From an uncultured Desulfobacteraceae bacterium (GTDB taxonomy: Bacteria > Desulfobacterota > Desulfobacteria > Desulfobacterales > JALSRD01): a stretch of DNA of 64,000 nt. The stretch spans positions 14,980-78,979 of the forward strand of contig CAYZCL010000073.1 of NCBI GenBank assembly GCA_964476595.1. Direction: 5' to 3'. Both the position numbers and the translations under genes were made by a program. Numbering within the stretch: the stretch's first letter is position 1; each line of letters begins with the position of its first letter. Positions 1 to 11,217 of the stretch are shown piece by piece. The notes beneath the pieces are model-generated. The model had not been told where the DNA came from. It saw only the letters and a list, made by a program, of their open reading frames with translations, and did no database searches.

Positions 1-1145
1 AGCCTTCCGTAGTCCGCGGCCATCTCCGCCACGCTCCGGTGCCATGCCAGGGCGGCGTTGGCCTTTTCCCCGAAAATGGCGTCGCGGGCACGCTGCAGCA
101 ATGCAGGGTCCTGCAGCATCAGGCGGTGGGCTTCGAAGATGGCGGCCTCTTCGGCCCCCAGGCGCTGCAGCGTCTGGCGCCGCCGGGTGCGCATCTCGCT
201 TTCCACCTGCGCCAGGGCGCGCTGCAGCCGCTCCCACTCCTCTTGCGGGTCGGCGATGCGCTGGTTCGGGACCTCGGGTACCGCCGGGCGGTAGACGAAC
301 AGGGGGCCCACGGCGGCGCCCGGCGAAACCGCCAGCACTTCCATGGCCGGCGCCAACCCGGAGGACTCGGCCGGCGGCGGGGCCGGAAGCGAAGCGTCGC
401 CGACAGCGTCCGGCACCGGGTTTTCCACGACCTCCCGCACCACGGACAGGGCCCTTTGGGCCTCGGTGCCGGCGGCCGACACCACGATTTCGTCGCCCCG
501 GGCGACGTCCAGCAGGGCGATGCGGTTGAGGCTGTCGGCCGGCACCGGTTCCCGCCGGCCGCCGGCCTTTGCGATGTGGACGCGGGCATCCAGTCCGGCC
601 AGGGCCTGCACCAGGCGCGCGGCCGGCCGGGCGTGCAGTCCGTGGGGGGTTCGCACGGTGAGGCGGGCTTTTTGCCAGTGCTGGCCGTCGGTCTCACAGG
701 GCGGGAAAAGGGACGGCGATGGCGCCGGGGGTTCGGGGCCGTCCAGGTGCTGTTTCTTGGGCGCCAGCCCGAGGGCGGCCTCGCGGCAGACGGTCTCCAG
801 GTTGCTGCCCAGGCCGATCTGGACGGCGGCGGCTACGGCGCCCTCCACCAGGGGGGCGCTGCACAGGCGCACGTTGGTGCGCTTTTCAGGGTCCAGGAAC
901 TCCAGGGCCGTTTCGGCGCTGAGCACGGCGCTGCCCAGGTCCATGAGCACCACCACGCCCCCCGGCCGGTAGACCGACTCGACGGCCGCCAGGATGTCCG
1001 TGGCGTCGGTGCCCAGATCGGCACGGTCGTCGCCGATGCCGCCGGCGACGGCCAGCGGGAGGTCGGCCCCGGCCACCCCGCGCACCAGTTCGGCCAGCGC
1101 CTTGGCCAGCGCCCGGCTGTGGGAGACGAGGACCAGGCCGATCAT
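1..1145 (-). CDS. dhaM: PTS-dependent dihydroxyacetone kinase phosphotransferase subunit DhaM (EIIA-Man-like + HPr-like + enzyme I N-terminal-like). The C-terminus is cut by the window edge.
   Basis: Not in the supplied track because the ORF is open at position 1. Hand translation of the minus strand from ATG 1145 gives MIGLVLVSHSRALAKALAELVRGV... (EIIA-mannose type), ...LTVRTPHGLHARPAARLVQ... (HPr-like) and ...AIFEAHRLMLQDPALL... (EI N-terminal-like). It starts 14 nt after the dhaL stop. Confidence 0.8.
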   Translation of the reverse strand, partial: MIGLVLVSHSRALAKALAELVRGVAGADLPLAVAGGIGDDRADLGTDATDILAAVESVYRPGGVVVLMDLGSAVLSAETALEFLDPEKRTNVRLCSAPLVEGAVAAAVQIGLGSNLETVCREAALGLAPKKQHLDGPEPPAPSPSLFPPCETDGQHWQKARLTVRTPHGLHARPAARLVQALAGLDARVHIAKAGGRREPVPADSLNRIALLDVARGDEIVVSAAGTEAQRALSVVREVVENPVPDAVGDASLPAPPPAESSGLAPAMEVLAVSPGAAVGPLFVYRPAVPEVPNQRIADPQEEWERLQRALAQVESEMRTRRRQTLQRLGAEEAAIFEAHRLMLQDPALLQRARDAIFGEKANAALAWHRSVAEMAADYGR

Positions 1146-1159
1146 GGTGGGGTGTTCTC

Positions 1160-1798
1160 CTATTCCCGGTTCCAGGTGTCGGCGGCCGCCCGGATCATCA
1201 GAAAGGCGGAGGTGGCGCCGGGGTCCTGGTGGCCGATACTGCGTTCGCCCAGGTAGCTGGCGCGGCCCTTGCGGGCCAGCATGTCCACCGTACTGCGCAT
1301 GCCCTCCTCGGCCGCCGCCGCTCCGGCCGACAGCACGGCACGCATGTCGCCGTTGCCCGCCGCGGCGCGCTGCATGGCGGCCACGGCCGGCAGCAGAACG
1401 TCCACCATGGTCTTGTCGCCGGCCCGGGCCTTGCCGCGGTCGACGACGCCCCGGGTGCCGGCGTCGAACAGCGCCGCCACGTCGTTGGCCGCCAGTTGCG
1501 TCTTGCCGGCGCACGCACCGGCGGCGCGCAGGAAAAAAGTGCCGTACAGCGGGCCGGATGCGCCTCCCACGGTTTTTATCAACGCCATGGCGGCGGTCCT
1601 GAGTACGGCCGCCATGTCGGCGGGTGGGGATTTTTCAATGGCTTCGACCACCGCGGCGAACCCGCGGTCCATGTTGATGCCGTGGTCAGCGTCTCCAATG
1701 GCGGCGTCCAGTTCGGTCAGGGCTTCCCTGTTTTCGGCATACACCCGGTGCAGTTCCCGCAACCAGGCCAGCAATCCTTCCCTGTCGACGGTTTCCAT
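1160..1798 (-). CDS. dhaL: Dihydroxyacetone kinase ADP-binding subunit DhaL
   Basis: C-terminal 212 aa of track ORF 1160..2452, starting METVDREGLL. Motifs DAAIGDADHG and GGASGPLYG are typical of Dak2/DhaL. Confidence 0.9.
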   Translation of the reverse strand: METVDREGLLAWLRELHRVYAENREALTELDAAIGDADHGINMDRGFAAVVEAIEKSPPADMAAVLRTAAMALIKTVGGASGPLYGTFFLRAAGACAGKTQLAANDVAALFDAGTRGVVDRGKARAGDKTMVDVLLPAVAAMQRAAAGNGDMRAVLSAGAAAAEEGMRSTVDMLARKGRASYLGERSIGHQDPGATSAFLMIRAAADTWNRE

Positions 1799-1809
1799 GG
1801 CGGTTTTCC

Positions 1810-2807
<998 letters not shown>

Positions 2808-2811
<4 letters not shown>

Positions 2812-3269
2812 GGCTTTTTCCCCAGTGCCTTGAGCTTGGCGTCGATGAGCTGTTCGTTGGAGAGGCGCAGCAGGGTGGCCAGTTTGTGCATCAGGTAGTT
2901 CTCGTACTTGTCCATGCGGCCGTCCACAAAGACGATGCGCCACAGCATCTCCATGATCTCCAGCTTCTCTTCGGTGCTGTAGTTTTCGTTGATCAGGTTG
3001 GTGAAGTGCCAGTAGTCGACGCTTTCCTTGAGGTCCTTGTCGGCCTCGGCCAGCAGGGCCTCGGCGTGTTCCGGCGAGAGGCCGTACTTCTCCTTCAGGA
3101 TGTCGATGACGGTATCCAGTTCGGCGGGAGTGAATTTTTCGTCGATGCGGCCCATTTCCAGAAAAAGCGCGCAGGTGGCCACCCGCACGTCGCGTTCACT
3201 GTGCGGACGTGAAGCCCCTGCGCCGGAATGGTCGGCTTTTCCGAAAAAGCGTTTCACGATGTCGAGCAT
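2808..3269 (-). CDS. TerB-like (tellurite-resistance TerB domain) protein
   Basis: 153-aa ORF. The helical pattern with ...[35 protein letters not shown]... resembles the TerB/DUF533 fold. The stop overlaps the dhaK ATG (ATGA at 2808-2811). Confidence 0.65.
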
Positions 3270-3357
3270 GGTTGTGTTCTCCCCGTGTGGCGATGGTTGA
3301 CGATTGCGATCGCCGCTGCTCTGCGGCGGCCGGACCCGGACGGCGTTGCGGGAGGCG

Positions 3358-3927
3358 CTATTTCACGAGACCTGCTTCTTGGTAGAGTTCGCGCATGCCG
3401 GGCTTGTTGGCGAAGATCTCCTCCTGGGTGAGCCCCTCCAGTTCGTGGGGGAAGACCAGCCACCGGTTAGTGGCGTGCAGGTAGTAGTGGGGCTCGATGT
3501 CGGTCTGGTTGTTGTCGGGCTTGTACCAGGGCGTGGCGATGCGGATGTCCTGGGGAAGGTTGCGGCGCATCTTTTTTTCCAGGGTCTCGATGACCGCCTT
3601 GATGCTGTTGCCGCTGTCGAAGACGTCGTCCACGATGAGCAGGCCGTCGTCCCAGTTGGCGTGGCGCACTACGTATTCCAGCCCGTGGACGCGCACGGTT
3701 TTGTTGCGCTGCCCAATGCCGGTGTAGCTGGACGTCCGGATGGCGATGTGGTCGGTCTTGACCCCCAGCTGGTCCAGGATTTCCTGGACGGCGATGCCCA
3801 CCGGGGTGCCGCCCCGCCAGATTCCGATGATGAAGCTGGGCCGGAAGCCGCTCTTGAAGATACGGATGCCCAGCCGGAAAGAGTCGTCGAGCAGTTCTTG
3901 AGCCGAGATGTAGCGTTTCTGGTCCAT
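3358..3927 (-). CDS. Phosphoribosyltransferase (purine PRT-like)
   Basis: Track ORF 3358..4041 trimmed to MDQKRYISAQELL. PRPP-binding motif LLIVDDVFDSGNS. Confidence 0.75.
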   Translation of the reverse strand: MDQKRYISAQELLDDSFRLGIRIFKSGFRPSFIIGIWRGGTPVGIAVQEILDQLGVKTDHIAIRTSSYTGIGQRNKTVRVHGLEYVVRHANWDDGLLIVDDVFDSGNSIKAVIETLEKKMRRNLPQDIRIATPWYKPDNNQTDIEPHYYLHATNRWLVFPHELEGLTQEEIFANKPGMRELYQEAGLVK

Positions 3928-4114
3928 GCGGTCCTCTCCGTAAGTGGCGTGTGGCCGGGTGCAACGAGCGCCGCCGGAAAGCCCCACCCCGTCGTCCGCG
4001 GCAGGGTGGGCCGGGTTCCCCCGGCACAACGCCGGCAGCATACATCACTTCGTGCCCGTGGATCAATGCCCGAGGTGAACGCACCGCAGGCGGTGCGCCG
4101 GACGGCGTGTGCGG

Positions 4115-6358
4115 CTATGCGCGGTCTTTGAGGATGGCTTCCAGTTTTTCGGACAGTTGGCCGATGCTGAAGGGCTTCTGCAGGAACCCGTTGCAGCCCC
4201 GCCTGAGGATTTCTGCTGCCTGGCCGTTGAGGCTGTACCCGCTGGAAAGCAGTACAGGGACGTCCGGCGCCAGCCGGCGGATGTGGTCGAAGGCCTCGCC
4301 GCCGCCCATGTCCGGCATGATCATGTCCAGGATCACCAGGTCGATGTCGCCCGGGTGTTCCCGGATGAAATCGATGGCCTCCCGCCCGCCGCCGGCGCAG
4401 TGCACCCGGTAGCCCAGCCGTTCCAGCATGGGGCGGTTGACATCCAGCACCACCGACTCGTCGTCCACCAGCAGAATGGTGCCCGATCCCCGGCGCAGTT
4501 TTTTTTCGGCCGCCGGGGCGTCGGAAACCCAGCCTGCGGCGGCCGGCAGGTAGATGTTGAAGGTCGATCCGTATCCCTTCTCGCTGTAAACGTTGATGAA
4601 CCCATTGTGGTTTTTTATAATGCCGTACACCGAGGCCAGGCCCAGGCCGGTGCCGCGGCCCATTTCGCGGGTGGTGAAAAAGGGGTCGAAAATACGGCTC
4701 CTGGTGGCCTCGCTCATGCCGGTGCCGGTGTCGGTGACCGAGACACGGACGTAGTGACCGGGTGCCGCGTCGTGCGACTCGGCGTAGGATGCGTCGATTT
4801 CGATGCGTTCGGTTTGCAGATACAGGATCCCCCCGCCGGGCATGGCCTGCCAGGCGTTGACGAACAGGTTCAGCAGCACCTGTTCGATCTGGGCCCGGTC
4901 CGCCGCCACGGGGGGCAGCTCCGGTTCAAACTTGGTTTCGACGCCGATCTCCTTGCGCGTGCGGGCGAACATGCCGAGGCATTTCTCCGCGACGCGGTTC
5001 AGGTCGACGGGGGCCACCTCAAACTTGCCGCCGCGGGCGAAGCCGAGCAGCTGGCGGGTCAGGTCGGCGGCGCTCTTGACGTACTCCTCGATGCCCCTGA
5101 GATGCTCGTAGTGGGGATGGCCGGCGTCGATGCCCGAGAGCAGCAGCGACGCCCGCCCCTGGATGCCCATGAGCAGGTTGTTGAAATCGTGCGCGATGCC
5201 GCCGGCCAGCGTACCGATGGCCTCCATTTTCTGGGCCTGGATGAGTTTTTTCTCCAGGGTCTTCTTGTCGGTGATGTCGCGGCCCACACCCACGATGGCG
5301 GTGACGTTGCCGCTGTCGTCCAGCACCGCCTTGTCCGCCCAGGCCAGCCAGCGCCAGCCGTGCACGGTCATGGCGCGCTGCTCCATGTAGGCGGTGTAGG
5401 GCGGCTGCGTGAGCTTGCGCATGGCGCGCTCGGTGGCGGCCCGATCGTCCTTGTGCACCAGGGGCATGAAGGAACGACCCAGCAGTTGCTTTTCGGTTTT
5501 GCCGAAAAGGTCGCAGTAGCTGGGGCTGACGAACAGGAAGCGTCCCTCCAGGTCCACCTTGACCACCAAGTCGGTCTGGTTCTCCACCAGCAGGCGGTAC
5601 TTCTTTTCACTGCGGATCAGCTCGGCCTCGGCGACTTTCTGGCGGGTGCGGTCTTCGAAAATGGCCACCAGTTCGCCCGAGGGCAGCTTGAAGACGTAAT
5701 TCTCCACCCAGATGCTGATGCGTCCGTCCTCGTAGCGCGACACGGGGTAGCGGCGGGACTTGCCGGTCCGCCACACCTGTTGCAGTACCTCCAGGAATCC
5801 CAGTTCGCGGACGGCCGGGTAAATTTCCGTAATGCGGCGGTTCAGGTGATCCCTGCGGTGGATACCGCCGAGACGGGCGCCGGCGCGGTTGATGTCGCGG
5901 AAGACGAAATCTTTCCCGCCGTCGACGGCTTCGTAGATGGCCATCCCGCTGGCGGCGTGCCGGAAAACCTCTCGGAAACGCTGTTCGCTGTCGCGCAGGG
6001 CGTTTTCGAGGTTCACCTGCTCGGTAACGTCCAGTCCCAGTTCGATGGCGCCGGTGACCTTGCCGTGCTGGTCGAAGGTCGGGTATCCGCGCAGCAGGTG
6101 GGCGCGTCCGTCGGCGGTGATGACCCGCGCCTCGGCCGGGCGACGGGTGCGCATGGCCTCGAGCAACGGGCAGTCGCGGCAGGGCGTTTGGCGGTGATAC
6201 CAGATCTCGTAGCAGTGGCGTCCCACCATATTTTCCGGCGTTTCGCCGGCGGAAGCGGCGGAGGCGGCGTTGGCCCACAAAACACGCAGGTCGCGGTCCT
6301 GGCAGACGATCATTTCCGTCAGGGCGTCGAGGATGGATGGGATGTCCTGGGCTTGCAT
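4115..6358 (-). CDS. Hybrid sensor histidine kinase (multiple PAS, HisKA, HATPase_c, C-terminal receiver)
   Basis: 747-aa ORF. It has repeated PAS-like segments, H-box [15 protein letters not shown], ATPase motifs (DTGTGM, GTGLGL) and a receiver (ILLVDDE...[13 protein letters not shown]). SD GGAGGG lies upstream of ATG 6358. Confidence 0.9.
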   Translation of the reverse strand: MQAQDIPSILDALTEMIVCQDRDLRVLWANAASAASAGETPENMVGRHCYEIWYHRQTPCRDCPLLEAMRTRRPAEARVITADGRAHLLRGYPTFDQHGKVTGAIELGLDVTEQVNLENALRDSEQRFREVFRHAASGMAIYEAVDGGKDFVFRDINRAGARLGGIHRRDHLNRRITEIYPAVRELGFLEVLQQVWRTGKSRRYPVSRYEDGRISIWVENYVFKLPSGELVAIFEDRTRQKVAEAELIRSEKKYRLLVENQTDLVVKVDLEGRFLFVSPSYCDLFGKTEKQLLGRSFMPLVHKDDRAATERAMRKLTQPPYTAYMEQRAMTVHGWRWLAWADKAVLDDSGNVTAIVGVGRDITDKKTLEKKLIQAQKMEAIGTLAGGIAHDFNNLLMGIQGRASLLLSGIDAGHPHYEHLRGIEEYVKSAADLTRQLLGFARGGKFEVAPVDLNRVAEKCLGMFARTRKEIGVETKFEPELPPVAADRAQIEQVLLNLFVNAWQAMPGGGILYLQTERIEIDASYAESHDAAPGHYVRVSVTDTGTGMSEATRSRIFDPFFTTREMGRGTGLGLASVYGIIKNHNGFINVYSEKGYGSTFNIYLPAAAGWVSDAPAAEKKLRRGSGTILLVDDESVVLDVNRPMLERLGYRVHCAGGGREAIDFIREHPGDIDLVILDMIMPDMGGGEAFDHIRRLAPDVPVLLSSGYSLNGQAAEILRRGCNGFLQKPFSIGQLSEKLEAILKDRA

Positions 6359-6489
6359 CTCGGTTTCCCTCCGTGACGGGGGTGATATTCTTTATCGGCC
6401 GGTCGGGAATAGAACAGTAGGTTATTTTCAAGATTCAATGTACCACATTTGTTGACAGAAGGCCAGGTTTGGGGGTAGTCAGTAACCTG

Positions 6490-7440
6490 ATGACGGCAAA
6501 CAGCATCAAGGTCGACGGCCTGCGCAAGGATTTCGGAACCCTGCGGGCCGTGGACGACATCTCCTTCACGGTGGCTGAAGGCGAGATATTCGGCTTCCTG
6601 GGGCCCAACGGCGCCGGCAAGACCACCACCCAGCGCCTGCTGACCGGTGTGCTGCGCCCCACCGCCGGCGACATCCGCATCATGGGCTGTGACCTGCGCA
6701 GGGACCCCGCGGCGGCCAAGCGGCGCGTGGGCGTGGTGCCGGAGAACGCCAACCCCTACCGCGACCTGTCGGCGTGGCACAATCTCATGCTCATGGGGCG
6801 ACTGTACGGCATGCGCCGGAAACGGCGCGAGCAGCGGGCGCTGGAACTGCTGACGTTCTTCGGGCTGCTGGACCGCCGCAAGGCCCGGTGCAAGACCCTG
6901 TCCAAGGGCCTCAACCAGCGCATCAGTCTTTCCATGGCCCTGATCCACGACCCCCGGCTGCTGTTCCTGGACGAGCCCACCTCCGGCCTGGACGTGGAGA
7001 GCACGCGCCTGATCCGCCGTCTCATCATGGACCTCAACGCCAGGGGGGTCACCGTTTTCCTGACCACCCACGACATGCAGGAAGCCGCCCGGTTGTGCGA
7101 CCGGGTGGCCATCGTGTACCGCGGGCGCATCGCGGCCATCGACAGCCCCGATGTCCTGCGGGCCGATTTCAGCGGCGCCCAGAGCGTGGAGGTGGTCTTC
7201 GAAAAGCCGCCCCGGGACCCGGCGGCCCTGGCGGGGCTGGGGCCGGTCAACGAGGTCCGGCGGGAAAAGGAAAAGTACATCCTGTTCACGGACCGCCCCG
7301 GCGAGGTGGCCTGCCGCGTGGCGCTGCTGGCCCGCGAGCGCGGCCTGGGGCTGCGTTCCCTCAACACGCGGGCGGCGCGCCTGGAGGATGTTTTCGTCCA
7401 CCTGACCGCCGGGAAAGGATCGGGAAATGGCGGGCGGTAG
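6490..7440 (+). CDS. ABC transporter ATP-binding protein (ABC-2/drug-exporter type)
   Basis: Walker A GPNGAGKTT, signature LSKGLNQR, Walker B LLFLDEPTSGLD. The track start 6469 is a TTG. I prefer ATG 6490 (MTANSIKVDGL). Confidence 0.85.
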   Translation: MTANSIKVDGLRKDFGTLRAVDDISFTVAEGEIFGFLGPNGAGKTTTQRLLTGVLRPTAGDIRIMGCDLRRDPAAAKRRVGVVPENANPYRDLSAWHNLMLMGRLYGMRRKRREQRALELLTFFGLLDRRKARCKTLSKGLNQRISLSMALIHDPRLLFLDEPTSGLDVESTRLIRRLIMDLNARGVTVFLTTHDMQEAARLCDRVAIVYRGRIAAIDSPDVLRADFSGAQSVEVVFEKPPRDPAALAGLGPVNEVRREKEKYILFTDRPGEVACRVALLARERGLGLRSLNTRAARLEDVFVHLTAGKGSGNGGR

Positions 7441-8185
7441 GTTTCTGTTGCAGGTTCGCGCCGCCCTGGCGGTGGCCGAAAAGGACATGCGCATCTATTA
7501 CCTGAAGCCGCCGGTGCTGATCTTCGGCATCTTCTTCCCGGTGTGCCTCTTCCTGGCCTTCGCCTTCGGCCGCGACATTCCCATGCCCGTGCTGCTGCCC
7601 GGCATGTTGGGCATGACGCTGTTCTTCTTGTCGTCTTCCACCTCGCCGCTGGTGGCCCCGTGGGAAACCCTCAGCCGCACCCTGGAGCGGCTAGTCTCCA
7701 CCCCGGCTTCCATTGCGGCCATCGTGGCCGGCGACATCTTCGCCGGGGCCGTGTACGGCATCGGCATCTCCCTCTTCCTGCTGGCGGTGAGCGTCGCCGC
7801 CCTGGGCATCGTCCCGTTGCACCCGCTGCTGGCGGGAGTCGACATCTGCCTGTCGGCGGTCTGCTTCTCCGCCCTGGGCAGCCTCATCGCCACCCTGCCC
7901 ACCGACTCGCCCGGCAACATCATGCTGGTACTCAACGTCATCCGGCTGCCGCTGATCTTCGTCAGCGGCGTGTTCGTGCCCCTGGGGGACATGCCGGCCT
8001 GGGGCCGCGCCATCGCCGCCGGCTCGCCCCTGACCTACACCTGTGACCTGGCGCGCCAGGCGCTGCTGGGCAGCGGCCATTTCCCCGCCGCCCTTTCGCT
8101 GGGCGCACTGGCCGCTTTCACCACAGGGTTTTGCGCCCTCGCCGTCTTGCTGCACGCGAAAAGCACCCCCCGGCGCCTGGCCTGA
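7427..8185 (+). CDS. ABC-2 type transporter permease
   Basis: 252-aa polytopic hydrophobic protein. It overlaps the upstream ATPase gene by 14 nt. Confidence 0.8.
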   Translation: MAGGRFLLQVRAALAVAEKDMRIYYLKPPVLIFGIFFPVCLFLAFAFGRDIPMPVLLPGMLGMTLFFLSSSTSPLVAPWETLSRTLERLVSTPASIAAIVAGDIFAGAVYGIGISLFLLAVSVAALGIVPLHPLLAGVDICLSAVCFSALGSLIATLPTDSPGNIMLVLNVIRLPLIFVSGVFVPLGDMPAWGRAIAAGSPLTYTCDLARQALLGSGHFPAALSLGALAAFTTGFCALAVLLHAKSTPRRLA

Positions 8186-8186
8186 C

Positions 8187-8211
8187 GCGGGGCTTTTCGG
8201 GAAAGTCCCGC
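8187..8211 (+). terminator. Stem-loop directly after the ABC-2 permease stop (10-bp stem with one G-U pair, 5-nt loop, no U-tract)
   Basis: GCGGGGCTTT-TCGGG-AAAGTCCCGC read directly. It lies between convergent genes. Confidence 0.3.
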
Positions 8212-8279
8212 CAACCGCCGCGGGCGCCTCTGCACCGCCGCTTTGCACCGGCTGCTGCGGCGCAGCCCGGCGTTTCTTT

Positions 8280-9470
8280 TCACGTTGCCGTATTTGCCGA
8301 ATCTGCCTGCCATGGAGGTTCCTCCTTCGACCGGCGGTCCGCGGCGGCCGAACAGATGCGCCGATAGCCGCCGCGTACCCCGGTTTTTGAAAAAACGATC
8401 TGCCACAGCTGGTTGACGCGCGCCCGGAAACTGCCGGCGCTGGAGAGCAGAAAGTAGACCCACATGCGGTAGAAACGCTGGTCGTAGTCCTTGGCCAGGC
8501 GGTGCCAGCCGCGGGTGAAGTTGCGGTGCCAGGCCATGAGGGTGGTGTCGTAGTGCGGCCCGAAGCTGTGCCAGTCCTCGAGCACGAAGAGCCCCTCGGC
8601 GGCCGAGGCGATCTGGGCCGCCGACGGCAGCATGGAATTGGGGAAGATGTAGCGCTCGATCCAGGGGTCGGTGGAGCGCACCGAGGTATTGCCGCCGATG
8701 GTGTGCAGCAGGAAGAGACCCTCCGGCTTCAGGCAGCGGTGCACGATTTTCATGAAAGTGCGGTAGTTCTTGCAGCCCACGTGCTCGAACATGCCGATGG
8801 AGACGATGCGGTCGAAGCGCTGCGCCAGCGATCGGTAATCCTGCATCTCGATGCGCACGGGCAGCCCCCGGCAGTAGTGCCGGGCGAATTCCGCCTGCTG
8901 CCGCGAAACCGTGATGCCGATGATCGTCACTCCGCGGGTCTCGGCGGCGTAACGGGCGAAGCCGCCCCATCCGCACCCGATGTCCAGCACCGTCATGCCG
9001 GGCACGAGGTCCAGTTTCCGGCAGATCAGCTCCAGCTTTGCCGCCTGGGCTTCGTCGAGCGTGTCGGCGTTCTCCCAGTAGGCGCAGGAGTAGTTCATGC
9101 CCCTGTCGAGCATGACGGAGAACAGCCGGTTGCCCAGGTCGTAGTGGTGCCTGCCGATGTCGAAGGCCCGCGAGCGGCGCTGGCGGTTTGTCAGCCGCGC
9201 CCGCAGTGCGGCCCACAGGACCTCCCGGGAAAGGCGCGCTTTGCGGTCCAGGCCGGCGCGCAGGATGCGGTCGAAGAATCGGTCCAGCGACGCACAGTCC
9301 CACCAGCCGTCCATGTAGCTCTCCCCCAGGGCCAGGGAGCCACCGGCCAGCACCCGCTCGTAAAATGCCCGGTCGCGGACGCGGATGTCCCAGGGCCGGT
9401 CGCCGTCCACGCGCACGTCGGCGTCGGCCAGGAGCTTCCGGATGACCCGTTGCGCGTCTTTGCGTGGCAT
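8280..9470 (-). CDS. cfa: Cyclopropane-fatty-acyl-phospholipid synthase
   Basis: 396 aa. SAM motif VLDIGCGWGG and overall CFA-synthase-like sequence (ESYMDGWWDC, HYDLGN). Confidence 0.9.
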   Translation of the reverse strand: MPRKDAQRVIRKLLADADVRVDGDRPWDIRVRDRAFYERVLAGGSLALGESYMDGWWDCASLDRFFDRILRAGLDRKARLSREVLWAALRARLTNRQRRSRAFDIGRHHYDLGNRLFSVMLDRGMNYSCAYWENADTLDEAQAAKLELICRKLDLVPGMTVLDIGCGWGGFARYAAETRGVTIIGITVSRQQAEFARHYCRGLPVRIEMQDYRSLAQRFDRIVSIGMFEHVGCKNYRTFMKIVHRCLKPEGLFLLHTIGGNTSVRSTDPWIERYIFPNSMLPSAAQIASAAEGLFVLEDWHSFGPHYDTTLMAWHRNFTRGWHRLAKDYDQRFYRMWVYFLLSSAGSFRARVNQLWQIVFSKTGVRGGYRRICSAAADRRSKEEPPWQADSANTAT

Positions 9471-9471
9471 G

Positions 9472-10332
9472 TCACAGTCCCCTGAGCCATGCGGCCGCCA
9501 GGACCGCCGCCACCGTCAGTAGGGCGGCGGTCTGGATTCCGGGGCCGGGCGGCCGCTCGACCTGCAGGCCGTAGAGTCCGCCCAGCAGCAGGCCGCTGAA
9601 AAACCCGAACAGGTGGGCCGTCAGGTCCGCGTTCTTGGAGGCACCCAGCATGGCCAGCAGCGCCAGCCCGGCGGCCAGGGGCAAGAAGGCCTTGAAGCGC
9701 CGGCCCGGCCGCCCGATCCTGCTCACCAGCTGCAGAGCCGACAGAATGCCCACGGCGCCGAAAACCGCCGTGGAGGCCCCGATGGACAGGTGCCCCACAC
9801 TGTAAAAGTAAGCATTGGCCAGGTTGCCGGCAATACCCGCGGCCAGGATCATGAGCCAGCCCACCCCCCATCCGGCCACCGAGCACACGGCCGTGGCGAA
9901 CACGGCGATGCCCAGCAGGTTGCCGGCCAGGTGCACGGCGTCGGCGTGCAGCAGTAGGGCGGTGGCGCAGCGGTAGAGCTGTCCGCGCTGGATGAGGCCC
10001 GAGGCGGCGCCGTAGACCCGGCTGTAAGCGTTGAGGCCGCCGCCGTAGACCACCGCCAGGTGGCAGGCCAGCAGGATCAGGGCGCCCCACAGACCGGCGG
10101 TCGTGCGGCCGTACTCCCGCAGCAGCGGCGGGCCGCCGGCCGGGTGCCGCGGCCGGTTCTCCTCCCGGTAGACACGGATAAGCTCCGCGGCGTCGTCGGC
10201 GTGCGTTTCGTCGACCCATAGCTCGCAGTCGAGCGCAATGCCGAGGATGCGGCTGTCGATATTCGCCGAGGCCAGCACCAGGGCGTAGGTGTCGGCCTGT
10301 TCCCGGCTGAGGTTTGCCAGTATTCGAACCAT
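9472..10332 (-). CDS. Rhomboid family intramembrane serine protease
   Basis: 286 aa. Motifs LLHADAVHLAGN, catalytic GASTAVFG and AHLFGFFSG. The stop is 1 nt from the cfa ATG. Confidence 0.8.
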   Translation of the reverse strand: MVRILANLSREQADTYALVLASANIDSRILGIALDCELWVDETHADDAAELIRVYREENRPRHPAGGPPLLREYGRTTAGLWGALILLACHLAVVYGGGLNAYSRVYGAASGLIQRGQLYRCATALLLHADAVHLAGNLLGIAVFATAVCSVAGWGVGWLMILAAGIAGNLANAYFYSVGHLSIGASTAVFGAVGILSALQLVSRIGRPGRRFKAFLPLAAGLALLAMLGASKNADLTAHLFGFFSGLLLGGLYGLQVERPPGPGIQTAALLTVAAVLAAAWLRGL

Positions 10333-10386
10333 GCGGCTGCCTTTCGCCCCCTTGGGGGGATGGCCGGTCGCCCGGGGAAACGCGCG

Positions 10387-11217
10387 CTATTTCCAGGTGA
10401 TGCGCGGCGGTTTGCGCCGCGGCAGGCGATGGTAGATGAAGCGCGGGTAGCCCACCATCAGGGCGCCGAAAGTGGTGTGCCCCGGCGGTAGTTCAAGGGC
10501 CTCGCGCATGGCCGGCCAGAAGTTGCCGGCGGCGTTGAGGTATCCGGCCCAGCAGGCGCCTAGGCCGAAAGAGACGGCCGCCAGGTCCAGGTAGGTCAGC
10601 GCGATGGTGCAGGCCGCCGGAGCCGTGCGCTCGTCCTTCTGGGCATGGGCCACCACCAGGTGCGGCGCTCCCCGGCAGATGCGGTCTTTCCCCTCGGCTT
10701 GGGCGGCGACCACCCGGTCCAGGTGCATGGCCTCCGCCAGGGGGGACCCCTCGGCGATGAGATGGCGCATCCAGTCGATGACGATGCCGTTGAGGCGCTC
10801 GATTTCTTCCCGGTGGTAGATGACCCGCCAGTGCACCGGCTGCCGGTTGTGACCCGACGGGGCGTGGCTTGCGATCCCGATGAGCCGCGTCAGCGTCTCC
10901 CGCGGCACTGGCTTCCTGCGATAGTTGCGTATGGACCTCCGGGAGCGCAGGAAGTGCTCGGCCTGCTCCGGGTCCGGGATCCGCTCGGGGTGAAAGGGCG
11001 GGCAGTCCGCCGGGCCCATCACGCGGTGGGTCGCGGCGTCGCGGGGGCACACCGCCACGCAGTGGCCGCAGCGGATGCAGAAATCTTCGCCCCCCGCCAC
11101 CATGGCGGGCAGGGCGCCCTTTTCGGCAAATGCGATGATGCCGGCGGGGCAGGCGGCGATGCACCGGCCGTCGCGGTCGCACCGGTCGGGATCAACGGTC
11201 AGCATTGTCATGGGCAT
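10387..11217 (-). CDS. Nitroreductase family protein with N-terminal 2x[4Fe-4S] ferredoxin domain
   Basis: CIAACP and CIRCGHCVAVCP clusters, followed by the nitroreductase motif RRSIRNYRRKPV. Alternative starts at 11211 and 11205. Confidence 0.8.
   Translation of the reverse strand: MPMTMLTVDPDRCDRDGRCIAACPAGIIAFAEKGALPAMVAGGEDFCIRCGHCVAVCPRDAATHRVMGPADCPPFHPERIPDPEQAEHFLRSRRSIRNYRRKPVPRETLTRLIGIASHAPSGHNRQPVHWRVIYHREEIERLNGIVIDWMRHLIAEGSPLAEAMHLDRVVAAQAEGKDRICRGAPHLVVAHAQKDERTAPAACTIALTYLDLAAVSFGLGACWAGYLNAAGNFWPAMREALELPPGHTTFGALMVGYPRFIYHRLPRRKPPRITWK

Noticed and set aside
39-1256. 405-aa plus-strand ORF at the window start.
   Set aside because: It is the shadow of the minus-strand dhaM gene. 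The minus frame gives clean EIIA, HPr and EI-N motifs, and the plus frame gives none.
4499-4506. A8/T8 homopolymer inside the hybrid histidine kinase gene, at the junction before the receiver domain. Considered as a slippage switch that would uncouple the receiver.
   Set aside because: It encodes an ordinary EKK linker. There is no evidence of heterogeneity, and no alternative frame yields a sensible product.
6452-6481. TTGACA followed 17-18 nt later by GTAGTC/TAGTCA upstream of the ABC ATPase gene, a possible near-leaderless promoter.
   Set aside because: The -10 candidate matches the consensus at only 2-3 positions. It is too weak to report as a feature.
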